NCBI RefSeq assembly: GCF_009914755.1
Contig: NC_060929.1
DNA: 64,000 nucleotides
Strand: one strand, 5' to 3'
Source: the human T2T-CHM13v2.0 reference genome, Homo sapiens
In this document: in pieces, positions 63,510 through 64,000 of the stretch
Position numbering within the stretch: position 1 is the stretch's first letter
How the letters are laid out: each line of letters starts with the position of its first letter
Notes under the pieces: generated by a model
What the model saw: the letters and a program-made list of their open reading frames with translations, nothing else
Databases searched by the model: none
What the model was told of the DNA's origin: nothing
Position numbers and translations under genes: made by a program

Positions 63510-63850
63510 AGCTTCATTCATCCATTCAGTGTTCATTATAAGGGGCCTCTCTGGGCCAGGCTCGGCTCCGAGGTGCTGATGACAAGTCCCCATTCTAAGA
63601 GACCTTGGTGAGGAGAGACAGAAAAAAATCTAACACACACACATGATACAGGTGGTGGCTCTTTGAAAGGGGGCCTGAATAGGTGTGTGAATACACACCT
63701 TGTATTCAGAGCCTTGTGTATTCAGCTAGAGCCTGCATATTTGCGTTCGTGCATTTATCCCTGAAGGAAGGCAGAAGAGACAGACATCTCTGTAGGAACC
63801 AGGTTCCCAGGAGAAAGGACAAGAGCGTGGCCTGCTTGAGTGAGAGTCTC
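63510..63850 (-). mobile_element. L2 fragment
   Basis: ttcattcatccattcagtgttcattataaggggcctctctgggccagg resembles the reverse-complement L2 3' end. Confidence 0.55.
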
Positions 63851-64000
63851 CCAGATTACAATAAATGAGCTTTCTGTGCAGATTTGTAAACATGCACATG
63901 TTTAGCCTGGAGCTAAGTGCGCTAATAAACAAGCAGACGAGTTTTTTTTCTTTCTATAATCCCAGAGTGAAAATTAATGGAAACATCTGACTTTCCATCT

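Overview
Human (great-ape-type) genomic DNA from inside the unconventional myosin-X gene MYO10, transcribed on the minus strand. The window is almost all intron: most of intron 2, the 159-nt exon 3 (17206-17364, codons 41-93 by my recollection of the protein), and part of intron 3. I also find a candidate alternative terminal exon in intron 3 (about 13712-14658) that would give a 97-aa product ending QIY-VQIG*. The rest is repeat-dense: about 58 Alu copies (about 40 plus, 18 minus, counted by eye), L1, L2 and MIR fragments, MaLR LTRs, Tigger1, Tigger4a, MER47A, MER20, MER5 and MER58 DNA transposons, microsatellites, and a tailless 5S rRNA retropseudogene. Nearly all ORF-track entries are repeat-derived or random. 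I see no novel multi-gene system. The most unusual signals are a near-perfect 44-bp-arm hairpin beside an AT-rich palindrome (20.0-20.5 kb), three Alus whose A-tails are replaced by G-rich/G-quadruplex tracts, the transposon-built intronic terminal exon, and several rearrangement scars. Repeat subfamily calls and boundaries come from remembered consensus sequences and are approximate.
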